A stretch of DNA of 64,000 bases from an uncultured Alphaproteobacteria bacterium (GCA_944392235.1 CALXVZ010000006.1:22664-86663); one strand, 5' to 3'. Shown: positions 1 to 9,976, counted from the first letter of the stretch. Notes: generated from the sequence alone by a model not told the origin. Program-made: numbers and translations.

Positions 1-810
1 GCAGGAATAATTGATTCAAAAACAGATTATTTCTGCTCAGGCAGAATGAAACTAGGCAATCACTTATTCCACTGTTGGAAGCATTATGGACATGGACACC
101 AAACTCTAGTAAACGCACTAAAAAACTCTTGTGATATATACTTTTATGAAACTGCATTAGAGCTCGGAATAGAAAAGATAGCATCAATGAGCCACAGATT
201 AGGATTAGGTGAAACATATGATCTCGGCTTAGAAAATGAAAAAAAGGGTGTCATACCGAATAAGAAATGGAAGAGAGAAAAATTAAAAAGCAGCTGGCAG
301 AGAGGAGAAACCGTCATAGCGGGAATAGGACAAGGATATGTTTTAGTAACCCCAATGCAATTAGCAACAATGCTGGCACGTGTAGTTAATGGAGGATATG
401 AAATAACTCCTACATTCATTAAACAACAAAAAGCCGAAAAGCCGAAAGCATTAAATCTAAATCCCGAACACATTAAATTAGTAGAAGAAGGAATGTATGA
501 GGTTGTAAACGGTATAGGAGGAACAGCCACAAGAGCCAAATTAACAATAAACGGAATAAAGATGGGAGGAAAGACTGGCACCACACAAGTCCGCCGCATT
601 AGTTTAAAAGAGCGCGCCGAAGGGATAAAGAAAGATGAGGATTTACCATGGAAATATAGAAACCATGCATGGTTTATGGCATATGCACCTCATGACAATC
701 CTAAATACGCTGTAGCCGTAATTGTAGAACATGGACGATCTGGAGCCGGTGTTGCAGCCCCTATTGCTTCAAAGATACTAGAAGAAGCAATAAAATTAGA
801 TATTAGATAG
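1..810 (+). CDS. mrdA: Penicillin-binding protein 2 (peptidoglycan D,D-transpeptidase), C-terminal part; 5' end outside the window
   Basis: Frame 1 is open from base 1 (AGIIDSKTDYFCSGR precedes the first Met of ORF 46..810). Transpeptidase boxes NSCDIYFY and GGKTGTTQ (KTG box). A SEDS gene follows 8 nt downstream. Confidence 0.85.
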   Translation, partial: AGIIDSKTDYFCSGRMKLGNHLFHCWKHYGHGHQTLVNALKNSCDIYFYETALELGIEKIASMSHRLGLGETYDLGLENEKKGVIPNKKWKREKLKSSWQRGETVIAGIGQGYVLVTPMQLATMLARVVNGGYEITPTFIKQQKAEKPKALNLNPEHIKLVEEGMYEVVNGIGGTATRAKLTINGIKMGGKTGTTQVRRISLKERAEGIKKDEDLPWKYRNHAWFMAYAPHDNPKYAVAVIVEHGRSGAGVAAPIASKILEEAIKLDIR

Positions 811-818
811 GAAGAGAT

Positions 819-1952
819 ATGGCAATACTACTAAATCAAAATCAGGAATTAAACCTTAAAGAACGCTTTTTTAATTTGAACTTTGTATTCATCATTATTC
901 TGAGCATATTAGCAGGAATTGGGTGTATGACATTATACTCTGCGGCTGGAGGAAGAATCACCCCATGGGCATTAAATCAAGGCATACGCTTTTGTATGGG
1001 CTTAGGAGTTATGGTTGTGGCCGCCATGATACGCCCGGAATTTTATTATAAAATAGCCACACCGTTTTATCTATTCACACTTTTCCTATTATTAGTAGTA
1101 GATGTTGCAGGACATACAGGAATGGGAGCGCAAAGATGGATAAATTTAGGATTTTTCAAATTACAACCATCCGAATTAATGAAGTTAGCCATAGTCTTAC
1201 AACTAGCACGATACTTTAGCAATTGCACCTATGAAGAAATAAGAAGCATAAAGGGGATAATCGTTCCGATAATAATCGTCGCTGTTCCTGTTGCATTTAT
1301 TATGATACAGCCTGATTTAGGCACATCTTTAATGGTTTTATTTTGTGCCACCGCATTATTTTACTTAGCCGGCGTGCAATGGTGGAAGTTTGGGATTGCA
1401 ATTGGCGGAGTTGCGGCAGCAGCCCCTATCCTATGGCATTTTCTACATGATTACCAAAAAAACAGAATATTAACATTTTTAGACCCCGAAAGAGATCCAC
1501 AAGGAGCAGGATATCATATTATACAAGCCAAAATAGCATTAGGCTCTGGAGGAGCATGGGGAAAAGGATTTTTATCCGGCACGCAAAGTCATTTAAACTT
1601 TTTACCAGAAAAACATACAGACTTTATTTTTACGATGTTCTCTGAAGAATTCGGAATGGCTGGAGGAATAGTTATACTTTTCCTAAATTTAATACTCATC
1701 AGCTATGGTTATTGGTTTGCATTTAGAATACATCCATCAAACTATTTTGGAAAGATGGTTATATTAGGTCTAAACACCAACTATTTCCTATATGTTTTCA
1801 TCAACATTGCCATGGTAATAGGATTATTACCGGTTGTTGGAATACCGCTTCCTTTAATTAGCTATGGAGGGACCGTAATTATTTCGGTAATGGCTAGTTT
1901 CGGTATAATTCAGTCATTTTATGTAAACAGAGATAGAGAATTAAAAAAATAA
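819..1952 (+). CDS. rodA: SEDS-family peptidoglycan glycosyltransferase RodA
   Basis: Polytopic protein with FtsW/RodA/SpoVE hallmarks QPSELMKLA, IQPDLGTS, LPEKHTDFIF and GLLPVVGIPLPLISYGGT. Sits directly after mrdA. Confidence 0.85.
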   Translation: MAILLNQNQELNLKERFFNLNFVFIIILSILAGIGCMTLYSAAGGRITPWALNQGIRFCMGLGVMVVAAMIRPEFYYKIATPFYLFTLFLLLVVDVAGHTGMGAQRWINLGFFKLQPSELMKLAIVLQLARYFSNCTYEEIRSIKGIIVPIIIVAVPVAFIMIQPDLGTSLMVLFCATALFYLAGVQWWKFGIAIGGVAAAAPILWHFLHDYQKNRILTFLDPERDPQGAGYHIIQAKIALGSGGAWGKGFLSGTQSHLNFLPEKHTDFIFTMFSEEFGMAGGIVILFLNLILISYGYWFAFRIHPSNYFGKMVILGLNTNYFLYVFINIAMVIGLLPVVGIPLPLISYGGTVIISVMASFGIIQSFYVNRDRELKK

Positions 1953-2020
1953 TTTTGCCCTATTGAAAACAAGAAGTTTTTCCATATATCAGATAAAGAT
2001 GAATATATTGGAGAAAGCTA

Positions 2021-2431
2021 ATGATAGAAAAAATAAAAATAGGAATATTAAGTTTATGCATAATACTAAATGCTTGCGCAACACCACAAAAATATGACCA
2101 ACAATTAAATCAGGAAATTGGCAAAACCGCAAATCAATTAATGAATAAATACGGACAACCCGCAAAAGTAAAAAAGCTTACTAATGGAGATGAAATAATC
2201 AGTTACATTAGCATAAATAATCAAGTAGTCCAAGATCCAAATTACGACTTTAACAATGATTTCATAACTGAAGATGAAATGTTTTATCCATTCACATATG
2301 GAGGCAATGAAATTCCTATCGGTAATTATATGGGAGAAGTCATAACCGAATATTGCAAAACAGATTTTTATCTAAAAAACAACAAAGTCATATCATGGCA
2401 ATGGAAAGGAAATGCCTGTGCTGCAATATAG
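2021..2431 (+). CDS. Hypothetical lipoprotein
   Basis: Signal peptide ending in lipobox LNAC. GGAG Shine-Dalgarno sequence a few nt upstream of the ATG. No domain recognised. Confidence 0.5.
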   Translation: MIEKIKIGILSLCIILNACATPQKYDQQLNQEIGKTANQLMNKYGQPAKVKKLTNGDEIISYISINNQVVQDPNYDFNNDFITEDEMFYPFTYGGNEIPIGNYMGEVITEYCKTDFYLKNNKVISWQWKGNACAAI

Positions 2432-2435
2432 ATGC

Positions 2436-3422
2436 TTATGAATTAGAATATTGATATCCGGCCTGCCTTGCCGCAATAAGCGTATTAATATCAATGTGTT
2501 TAGCTTTTTCTAAAATTTCTTTAGCAGATGATCTATTGAAGCTTTGATTTTGATATAAGAATTTAGAGCTCAATATATCCTCTTTTTTCTGACAAGTTTC
2601 GAAATCATTTTTCAAACTCTCTGCTAAATTTCGACGACTAGCAAGTTTATTATTTTTAGCTTCAACAGCGATACCAAATTTTCTCAAAGCATCAAAAAAA
2701 TCCGCACGTGTTTCCTCTGATAAATGTTTCAAAGCCACCTGTTGCTGTTGAGATTTAAGATATTCTACCATTTTTTGTTTTTGTTCTCTATCAGACAAAC
2801 GAGCAAGAGCTTGAGCAACATCTTTTTTCATACGATTAATTTTAAGTTCAGCAGCCAATTTATCATATTCAGATTGAGACCGCTCCATACGTTTTTTTTC
2901 TCTATCCATTTCTTTAAGTAAATGAACAATATACTTTTCAGGATGATTATTTTTCCATTCTGCTTCCAATGTTTTTTTATCATTTTCACGAGTAAGCAAC
3001 CACCGTTTCATCTGAGCTTCAGATAGAGGCTGTCCATTAGCTTCAGCCAAAATAGCTTCACGTTTTTCTCTATTTGCCACCAACTGAGCAACTGTTTCAA
3101 CAGCAAATCCCAAAGCTAACAAAGACACACTATAACTCAAGATTTCCTGATTTTCTTTAGTTTCCTGAGCCATTTTTCTCTCTTCTTCTTGAACAAACTC
3201 TTTCACAGGCTCATTACCATTTAACACTTCAGAAGGAATATCATCATTATATTTATCTTTAATCCATTCAGGAATATATCTCCAAATTTTATAATGCGCC
3301 TCATGTTTAGAGAGAATAGCATTAATCACATCATCAGGAACATCATTAACAGAAGCTCTCCGATAATCATCTGGATAATTAGCATATAAAAAACGCTCAA
3401 AATCACTCATAGAATAAGCCAT
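2436..3422 (-). CDS. Hypothetical K/E/Q-rich coiled-coil protein with one hydrophobic segment
   Basis: Long uninterrupted ORF. Central hydrophobic stretch ILSYSVSLLALGFAVETVAQLV. No family recognised. Confidence 0.45.
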   Translation of the reverse strand: MAYSMSDFERFLYANYPDDYRRASVNDVPDDVINAILSKHEAHYKIWRYIPEWIKDKYNDDIPSEVLNGNEPVKEFVQEEERKMAQETKENQEILSYSVSLLALGFAVETVAQLVANREKREAILAEANGQPLSEAQMKRWLLTRENDKKTLEAEWKNNHPEKYIVHLLKEMDREKKRMERSQSEYDKLAAELKINRMKKDVAQALARLSDREQKQKMVEYLKSQQQQVALKHLSEETRADFFDALRKFGIAVEAKNNKLASRRNLAESLKNDFETCQKKEDILSSKFLYQNQSFNRSSAKEILEKAKHIDINTLIAARQAGYQYSNS

Positions 3423-3539
3423 AACACCCTCAACAAGACATATTGAACTTTTTATTAGAAATAATTATAGCATATAATCTGGAGTTCTTCAACAAAAAAA
3501 GTCTCTCCAGATATACTGAAGAGACCAAGAAATGTCTTA

Positions 3540-3914
3540 CTATTTCAAATCATCCAATTTTTCATCCATATTCCACAATGCATACTTATTTATCCATAAA
3601 GCAAAACGAAACAAACAAGTACACAACAAGCAGAAGCAAATCAAATAAAAGAAAACAGCAACCTCAGACAAAGATAACATTGCTAACAAGCGCCCAATAA
3701 AAAGAGCCAATACGGCAAATGTTAAAAACTTAAGAGAAAGCGATTTTCTATATTTAACTACAACACACACAACCGCCATCCAAGCGATAATCGCAACAGA
3801 CAACAAAATAATCACTGGCACAAATGCTTGCACAAAAAAAGACAGCACAAACCAAACAATACCACAAATTAATCCCGTTGTAAGGATTACATTTAAATTT
3901 GTTTTCTTTTCCAT
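3540..3914 (-). CDS. Hypothetical small integral membrane protein
   Basis: Several hydrophobic helices (LTTGLICGIVWFVLSFFVQAFVPVIILLSVAIIAWMAVVCVVV). Same strand as its neighbours. The overlapping + ORF 3443..3700 is low complexity. Confidence 0.4.
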   Translation of the reverse strand: MEKKTNLNVILTTGLICGIVWFVLSFFVQAFVPVIILLSVAIIAWMAVVCVVVKYRKSLSLKFLTFAVLALFIGRLLAMLSLSEVAVFFYLICFCLLCTCLFRFALWINKYALWNMDEKLDDLK

Positions 3915-4008
3915 AATAACTATTTTTTGATTAATAATAAAATATTCTAAGCTAATATATAAAATTTAAAGCAAAAAATCAATATAAAAATCTGTGCGAT
4001 TAAGACAC

Positions 4009-4036
4009 AAAAAAGCACCTAAAAGAGGTGCTTTTT
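4009..4036. terminator. Bidirectional intrinsic terminator downstream of tRNA-Arg
   Basis: 7-bp stem agcacct/aggtgct (4014-4020 / 4026-4032) with loop aaaag. Flanked by an A-run on the left and a T-run on the right. Confidence 0.6.
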
Positions 4037-4045
4037 GACATAAAA

Positions 4046-4122
4046 TGGTGTCAGCGGCGGGACTCGAACCCACTACCCACAGTTTAGGAAACTGTTGCTC
4101 TATCCTGATGAGCTACGCCGAC
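4046..4122 (-). tRNA. tRNA-Arg (anticodon CCU)
   Basis: The reverse complement folds as a 77-nt cloverleaf: GTCGGCG-TA-GCTC-ATCAGGATA-GAGC-A-ACAGT-TTCCTAA-ACTGT-GGGTA-GTGGG-TTCGAGT-CCCGC-CGCTGAC-A-CCA. Anticodon loop TT-CCT-AA. Canonical TTCGAGT T-loop and an encoded CCA. Confidence 0.9.
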
Positions 4123-4212
4123 AACAAACAAGTTATAAAACGAGGCAAAATATTTTGCAATATATTTTAAAGAAATTCCGCATAAAACAAAAAACATAAT
4201 AATAAAACAAAA

Positions 4213-5799
4213 CTAGCCCAATGCCGCATGAATAAGATTTTGAGCATATGGAGACTGAGGATGATTAAAGAGATTTTCAGCAGTATCATACTCAACAATC
4301 TCACCTTTTTTCATAACAGCAATATGATGTGCAATAGCCATTACAGCCCTCATATCATGAGATATGAACAAATAAGAAATCCCCGTTTTTTTTTGAATAT
4401 TTTTCAATAAATTAATAATTTCCGCTTGAACCGTAACATCCAGTGCAGACGTTGGCTCATCAAGAATCATAATTTTAGGTTCAACAACCAAAGCTCGAGC
4501 AATTGCAATACGTTGTCTTTGCCCTCCAGAAAATTCATGAGGATATTTATTTAAGATATCATCATCAACAAGTCCGACATTGCGAAGAACATTTTTTACC
4601 TTTTCTAAAATTTCACGTTTATTCAATTTCGGAAAATGAACTTTAATACCCTCACTAATAATTTCTAAGATTGTCATTCTAGGATTCAGCGAATTATAAG
4701 GGTCTTGAAAAACGACCTGAATATTTTTTCGAAAATCACATTCATTATTAACATGAACAAACTTTGCTGTTAAGATTTCACCTTTATAACGAATAAGATT
4801 AGCAAGACACATACCCAAAGTTGTTTTACCGGATCCTGACTCACCAACAACACCTAAAGTTTTTCCTTCATAAAGAGTAACAGATACGTTTTGCAAAGCA
4901 GAAATCGCTTTAACAACTTTTCCCAAAAAGTTTTTTTTCAAAGGATAAACAACCGATAAATTTCTTGCCTCCATAATTTTCCTTGCAGGAAAATCTGAAC
5001 GCTGACAAGTTTGCCTAAATGCGGCTAATAAGCTTTTAGTATATGAATGATTAGGAGCATTAAAGATATTACCAACACTCCCCTGTTCAACAATAACACC
5101 ACTTTTCATAACCAAAACCCGATTTGCAATTTTCCTAACAATATTCAAATCATGAGATATAAAGACTATAGCCATACCAAATTTCTGTTTCAAATTTAAA
5201 AGAAGTTCCAGAATTTGCTTTTGCACAGTAACATCAAGAGCTGTTGTCGGTTCATCTGCAATAAGAATTTTAGGATGATTAGCCACCGCCATTGCAATCA
5301 TAACACGTTGTCTTTGTCCACCAGAAAGTTCAAAAGGGAACGCCTTCATTCTTTCTCGAGGATTATCAATCCCCACCAATTTCAATAGATAACGAGCTTT
5401 TGCCCATGCTTTTCTAGCAGATATATTTTTATGCACTTTAATAATTTCCGCAATTTGTTCTCCAACACATTGAAGAGGATTAAGAGAACTCATTGGTTCT
5501 TGAAAAATCATACTAATATCATTTCCACGTATACTTTGCCATTCATTTTCACTTAAAGCCGTCAATTCTTTATTATTAAAAAGGATGGAGTTAGTGCTTT
5601 TATAGAGTACCTTTTTAGGATTAATCAGCCCCATAAGGGAAAGAGCGGTAACAGTTTTACCAGATCCAGACTCACCGACTATAGCAACAACCTCACCAGG
5701 ATTTACCACAAAAGAGCTATTATAAACAGCTGAAAAGAGTATACCTCTTTCATCAATAAACCTTACATTTAAGCTTTTAACATCCAAAACTGGCTCCAT
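4213..5799 (-). CDS. yejF: Fused double-ATPase subunit of an Opp/Dpp-type peptide ABC importer (YejF-like)
   Basis: Two complete ABC cassettes. Walker A GESGSGKT twice. Signatures LSGGQRQR and FSGGQRQR. Walker B LIADEPTTALD and MILDEPTSALD. Confidence 0.8.
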   Translation of the reverse strand: MEPVLDVKSLNVRFIDERGILFSAVYNSSFVVNPGEVVAIVGESGSGKTVTALSLMGLINPKKVLYKSTNSILFNNKELTALSENEWQSIRGNDISMIFQEPMSSLNPLQCVGEQIAEIIKVHKNISARKAWAKARYLLKLVGIDNPRERMKAFPFELSGGQRQRVMIAMAVANHPKILIADEPTTALDVTVQKQILELLLNLKQKFGMAIVFISHDLNIVRKIANRVLVMKSGVIVEQGSVGNIFNAPNHSYTKSLLAAFRQTCQRSDFPARKIMEARNLSVVYPLKKNFLGKVVKAISALQNVSVTLYEGKTLGVVGESGSGKTTLGMCLANLIRYKGEILTAKFVHVNNECDFRKNIQVVFQDPYNSLNPRMTILEIISEGIKVHFPKLNKREILEKVKNVLRNVGLVDDDILNKYPHEFSGGQRQRIAIARALVVEPKIMILDEPTSALDVTVQAEIINLLKNIQKKTGISYLFISHDMRAVMAIAHHIAVMKKGEIVEYDTAENLFNHPQSPYAQNLIHAALG

Positions 5800-5801
5800 A
5801 A

Positions 5802-6803
5802 TTATTTCCTCTTATCCAAAGCATCACGAACACCCTCACCAACAAAAATCAGAGCAGTCAATAGTGTTGATAAAACAAAAAAGATACTTAAACCAATCCA
5901 AGGAGCTTGCAAATTATCTTTACCTTGTCGCACAAGATCACCCAAAGAAGGATAATCATGCCCTAAACCCAACCCTAAAAAATCCAATGCAGTAAGAGCC
6001 ACAATAGCCCCTGCCAAAATAAACGGCACAAAAGTAACTGTAGTAACTAGTGCATTAGGCAAAATATGTCTCCAAATAATTCTTAAATTACTAACACCTA
6101 TAGCTTTAGCCGCCAAAACATATTCAAACTGTCTAGCCCGCAAGAATTCAGCACGCACCATTCCTGTTAATTCCGTCCACGAAAAGAGCAGCAATATAAA
6201 AAGAAGCGTCCAAAAAGTTGGAACAAAAACACTAGCAACAATAATCAAAATAAACATTTGCGGCATAGAATCCCAAATTTCAATAAACCGTTGAATAACT
6301 ATATCTATTTTTCCGCCAAAATAACCCTGAATTGCCCCCATAAAAATTCCAATACAAGAAGATAAAAAAGTTAATAAAAGAGCAAATGCAAAAGACAATC
6401 GAATACCATAAAGCAAGCGAGCTACAATATCTCTACCTTCCTCATCTGTTCCCAACCAATGTCTGGAAGATGGAGCTGCGGGAAATGGTTGATTGAGCTG
6501 ATAATCAACTGTATTATAAGAAAACTCAATAGGAGGCATAATCATAAATCCATTTGCATTAATATTAGCCTGAATAAGTTCATCTTTATAGTTAGCCTCA
6601 GTCGGAAAATCCCCGCCAAAACGAGCATCTGTATAAACTTTAAATACAGGAAAAAAATACTCATCTTGGTACTTCAAAAAAATAGGTTTATCATTAGCAA
6701 TAAACTCTGCAAAAACAGATAGAAATAACACTACCAAGAGTAAGCAATAGGCAACACGCCCTCTTTTATTTTTAATAAATTTACTCACACACATACAAAA
6801 CAC
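5802..6803 (-). CDS. yejE: Peptide ABC transporter permease (YejE/OppC-like)
   Basis: N-terminal anchor plus a long periplasmic loop ending in HWLGTDEEGRDIVARLLYG. EAA-type loop AAKAIGVSNLRIIWRHILPNA. Stop is 2 nt before the yejF start. Confidence 0.75.
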   Translation of the reverse strand: MFCMCVSKFIKNKRGRVAYCLLLVVLFLSVFAEFIANDKPIFLKYQDEYFFPVFKVYTDARFGGDFPTEANYKDELIQANINANGFMIMPPIEFSYNTVDYQLNQPFPAAPSSRHWLGTDEEGRDIVARLLYGIRLSFAFALLLTFLSSCIGIFMGAIQGYFGGKIDIVIQRFIEIWDSMPQMFILIIVASVFVPTFWTLLFILLLFSWTELTGMVRAEFLRARQFEYVLAAKAIGVSNLRIIWRHILPNALVTTVTFVPFILAGAIVALTALDFLGLGLGHDYPSLGDLVRQGKDNLQAPWIGLSIFFVLSTLLTALIFVGEGVRDALDKRK

Positions 6804-6925
6804 TCATCACTCTATATACAATAGAGAAAGTATCTAATCTTTGTATTTATTTCAACAACTAAGAATCTTTATACGCAAGATTTAAGATAATTTACGTTAT
6901 ACTTTCAAAGAGAATTATTTACATT

Positions 6926-9520
6926 TTAAGGAAGTAAGGTCGGAATATCTTCTATAGGAATCGCAACAGTTCCTACGGTTTTATCTAAATCATCGGTCAC
7001 TTCTTTCTGCGATTGCGAAGAGGATTCCACCGGTGCGACATTAACCTCTTGAACCGACGCCACTGGTTGTGTTTGAGGAGAAGTGTCTACTGGAGCAACA
7101 TTAACCTCTTGAGCTGATGCAGCTGGCTGTGCTTGAGGAGCGGTTGCTACTGGAGCAACATTAACCTCTTGAGCCGACGCAGCTGGTTGTGTTTGAGAAG
7201 AAGTTGCTACTGGAGCAACATTAACCTCTTGAGCTGATGCTGCTGGTTGTGTTTGAGAAGAAGTTGCTACCGGAGCAACATTAACCTCTTGAGCTGATGC
7301 TGCTGGTTGTGTTTGAGAAGAAGTTGCTACTGGAGCAACATTAACCTCTTGAGCTGATGCTGCTGGTTGTGTTTGAGAAGAAGTTGCTACCGGAGCAACA
7401 TTAACCTCTTGAGCCGACGCTGCTGATTGAAGAGAGGTATCAGTCGGCACATTTTTTTTCCCAGAAACAATATTTGAAGAGACCTCCTCATCAGAATTTT
7501 TAATAGGTTTCATCTCTCCTTTTTCATCAAATTCCAAAATAAGACTATCAGATGGAAGAAACATTCCTTCCGCTACATTATCTTCATTTTCGATTCCTTC
7601 TTTGTATTTTTCCCTATCATTTTTCTCTTTTTCAGCATTAACTTTCTGTTGATAAGCTTCCAATCTTTTTTGGTAAAGAGTTGCATTAGCTTTATAAAAT
7701 TCATACCAATCACGATAATTAGCTGCTATATTTGAAATTTTACTACCTCTAACAATAGAATTATTAATCAGGTTCTGTTTCAAACTAAGAGCTTCCTTTG
7801 TTGGCAATTTCATATTATCAATAGAATAGCAATAATCTTGATAACGAATAAGAGTTTTTGTAAAATCGCTAGCCAAACAAATATTTGCATTAATCAAGAA
7901 TTTCGGTTTTTTACCCTTTCTAATAGCCAAATTAACCAATTGATTTTTTACAAAATTCCCATATTTACCAGCCATCATACCCGACAATTCAGGAATAGGA
8001 CTAACCCCTTGAATAATAACATCTGTTCTATTATTTTTATCACTTTTACCCAAAGTATCCATAAATTCTTGCAAACGTCCGATAACACATTTAGCTTGAT
8101 CTGCATAAGCCTTTCTTTTTTCATCAATTCCACCATTTTGCAAAGAATTATCCTGAAGAGCCAACCAATCTTTTCTAGGTTTCAAGTTACAAAATTCATC
8201 ATACATATAAATATCAGAAGGTAAATCAACATAAACCATATAAATTTGTCCACCATTATCTTTTTTAAAGTCTTCTATAAGCTCATCAAAAATTGTTGGA
8301 GCCCCTTCAAAAGAAACTCTACGATTCTCAGAAGAAACTTTAATACCTTTAAGAGGAGACATATTTGCAAAAGTTTTAGCTATAGAATTGAAAGATTTAA
8401 CCTTTAAGCTCAATATCCATTCAGACAGAATAGCATAAGCATTTTGCTCAACTGATTTCGTTTTATCATAAATAGGAACAGTTTTGTAATTTTTAATAAC
8501 ACATCTGTCTGTATTTACTTTTCCTGATTTCAAACAAATATTAAATCCCGGCATAGCATAAGTACTTATACCATATCCATTATCCCAAAGATGTTTATAT
8601 AAAAGATTATCCTCTAAACTATAATAATCCAACGTTCCGTGAACAAAATCCCAAGTATTAATAAATTCAGCATATGATCTATTACCACTAGATGAGTTGG
8701 TATAATCAACTTGATTAAAAATATCAATCATATTACTAACTGTATCATCTTTTTTAACAAATGCATTTGGATATATTTCAAAATTATTGATTGCATAAAA
8801 TCCTAAAATTAAATCACGAAGTTCTCTAAAATTATAATCATTAACATTACTCAACAATTGATAAGAAGGAAATTTAGGCAACATAAAATAAATCAAATTA
8901 CCCGTTCTATCCTGTCCTGCTTTAGCAGATAAACCTTTAACCTCCGAATAATTATCTTTAGAAGCAATTATCTCTTCATTTTTCTTAATACCGATTCCCC
9001 CCGCAGATAAAAGAACGATACAAACAAAAAGCATAACAAAAGTCGAACGAAAGGCAAAAAATACAATAATAGCACAAATCAACCCAACAAACCATGCCCC
9101 AGGAATAATTCCGACAAAGGTCAACCAACCAGCCCTTTTCTCCAACCAATCTTCAACAAAGGTATCCACATTAAACAAAGCAAATTGATAAAAGAAACAC
9201 GCAACCATAACCATTGTGATAATAGCACATAATGCATTTTGAGCATCTTTAGAAAAAGACAGCAACAATATAAGCACAAAAGCTACAGCAAAGATTCCCG
9301 CTGCAATAACAACAACAGCCTGATTAAAAACACCATCTTCATACAGTTTGGCATTAATTGAATAAACAAACATAACCAAATCTATAATAAACAATAACGA
9401 AATATAAATAGCGCGTAATAATTTATCATAAAAATGATTAGCATCACCAGACCAACTAGCGAAACGACTAGATTTACTTTTTTTTCTTAAAATCAATGGT
9501 TGATTAACGGCCTCGTTCAT
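6926..9520 (-). CDS. Large membrane protein: about 5-6 N-terminal TM helices, roughly 500-aa extracytoplasmic domain, coiled-coil, C-terminal 20-aa tandem repeats
   Basis: 864-aa uninterrupted ORF. Hydrophobic N-terminal third. The topology recalls LtaS/EptA-type membrane-anchored sulfatase-fold enzymes, but the expected metal and nucleophile motifs are not visible. C-terminus carries AASAQEVNVAPVATSSQTQP seven times. Confidence 0.6.
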   Translation of the reverse strand: MNEAVNQPLILRKKSKSSRFASWSGDANHFYDKLLRAIYISLLFIIDLVMFVYSINAKLYEDGVFNQAVVVIAAGIFAVAFVLILLLSFSKDAQNALCAIITMVMVACFFYQFALFNVDTFVEDWLEKRAGWLTFVGIIPGAWFVGLICAIIVFFAFRSTFVMLFVCIVLLSAGGIGIKKNEEIIASKDNYSEVKGLSAKAGQDRTGNLIYFMLPKFPSYQLLSNVNDYNFRELRDLILGFYAINNFEIYPNAFVKKDDTVSNMIDIFNQVDYTNSSSGNRSYAEFINTWDFVHGTLDYYSLEDNLLYKHLWDNGYGISTYAMPGFNICLKSGKVNTDRCVIKNYKTVPIYDKTKSVEQNAYAILSEWILSLKVKSFNSIAKTFANMSPLKGIKVSSENRRVSFEGAPTIFDELIEDFKKDNGGQIYMVYVDLPSDIYMYDEFCNLKPRKDWLALQDNSLQNGGIDEKRKAYADQAKCVIGRLQEFMDTLGKSDKNNRTDVIIQGVSPIPELSGMMAGKYGNFVKNQLVNLAIRKGKKPKFLINANICLASDFTKTLIRYQDYCYSIDNMKLPTKEALSLKQNLINNSIVRGSKISNIAANYRDWYEFYKANATLYQKRLEAYQQKVNAEKEKNDREKYKEGIENEDNVAEGMFLPSDSLILEFDEKGEMKPIKNSDEEVSSNIVSGKKNVPTDTSLQSAASAQEVNVAPVATSSQTQPAASAQEVNVAPVATSSQTQPAASAQEVNVAPVATSSQTQPAASAQEVNVAPVATSSQTQPAASAQEVNVAPVATAPQAQPAASAQEVNVAPVDTSPQTQPVASVQEVNVAPVESSSQSQKEVTDDLDKTVGTVAIPIEDIPTLLP
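7022..7441 (-). repeat. Seven tandem copies of a 60-bp unit, in frame inside the 864-aa CDS
   Basis: The core acattaacctcttga recurs at exactly 60-bp spacing (7038, 7098, 7158, 7218, 7278, 7338, 7398). The four central copies differ only by isolated substitutions and the outer copies are more diverged. Confidence 0.95.
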
Positions 9521-9694
9521 CTTTACCTCGAGAGAAAATTAATAAAATTTACCATATAGTATTCCTATATTGCTAAACAAAAACTTAATCAAATAAAAAT
9601 ATATTTAAAAAAGGCTGAGTGAATAAACTTGAAATTAAAAAAAACAGCTGTTATAGTAAATATAGTTTATATTAAAAATAAACTATGATACGAA

Positions 9695-9976
9695 AAGCCG
9701 TATGAAATAGATATATTGGACCCGGGGGCGGTACCCGGCACCTCCACCAAAATAAATTATGGGGGTGAAATAGGTTAGACAGTATATAGTAAAGATATCT
9801 GAGCTGTATTCGGCAAGACACCACCGTTATCGGTTCAAAATAAATAAACGCAAATGATAATTTTGCACCAGTTGCTGTAGCTGCATAAGGCAAAGCAACA
9901 AACTAAATTCTTCTGACTTTGGTTAGTTGGAAGTGGGGAAAGAGCCACCTAGCAACAGAACGGCTCGTTTTTTTAC
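9695..9976 (+). ncRNA. ssrA: tmRNA (ssrA), circularly permuted two-piece type; 5' boundary approximate
   Basis: The acceptor piece ends with a T-arm (ccggg-ggcggta-cccgg) followed by CACCUCC-A-CCA (9739-9749). The coding piece starts with GGGGGUG at 9761 and pairs with that strand, giving a G3:U70 pair. Tag frame GCA AAT GAT AAT TTT GCA CCA GTT GCT GTA GCT GCA TAA (9850-9888) encodes ANDNFAPVAVAA. GC-rich relative to its flanks. Confidence 0.85.
9942..9974 (+). terminator. Intrinsic terminator at the 3' end of ssrA
   Basis: Stem gagcc/ggctc (9942-9946 / 9962-9966) followed by g and a run of seven T. Confidence 0.55.

Noticed and set aside
3443-3700. 85-aa + strand ORF.
   Set aside because: It overlaps the minus-strand 124-aa membrane-protein ORF, which has coherent TM helices. 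The + product is a K/T/Q-rich low-complexity string.
2021-4213. Orphan genes next to tRNA-Arg considered as a remnant integrated element.
   Set aside because: There is no integrase, recombinase or phage gene. I could find no direct repeat of the tRNA 3' end nearby.
7022-7441. Regularly spaced 60-bp repeats considered as a CRISPR-like array.
   Set aside because: The units are contiguous with no unique spacers, stay in frame inside a long CDS, and encode a sensible 20-aa peptide repeat. There are no cas genes.
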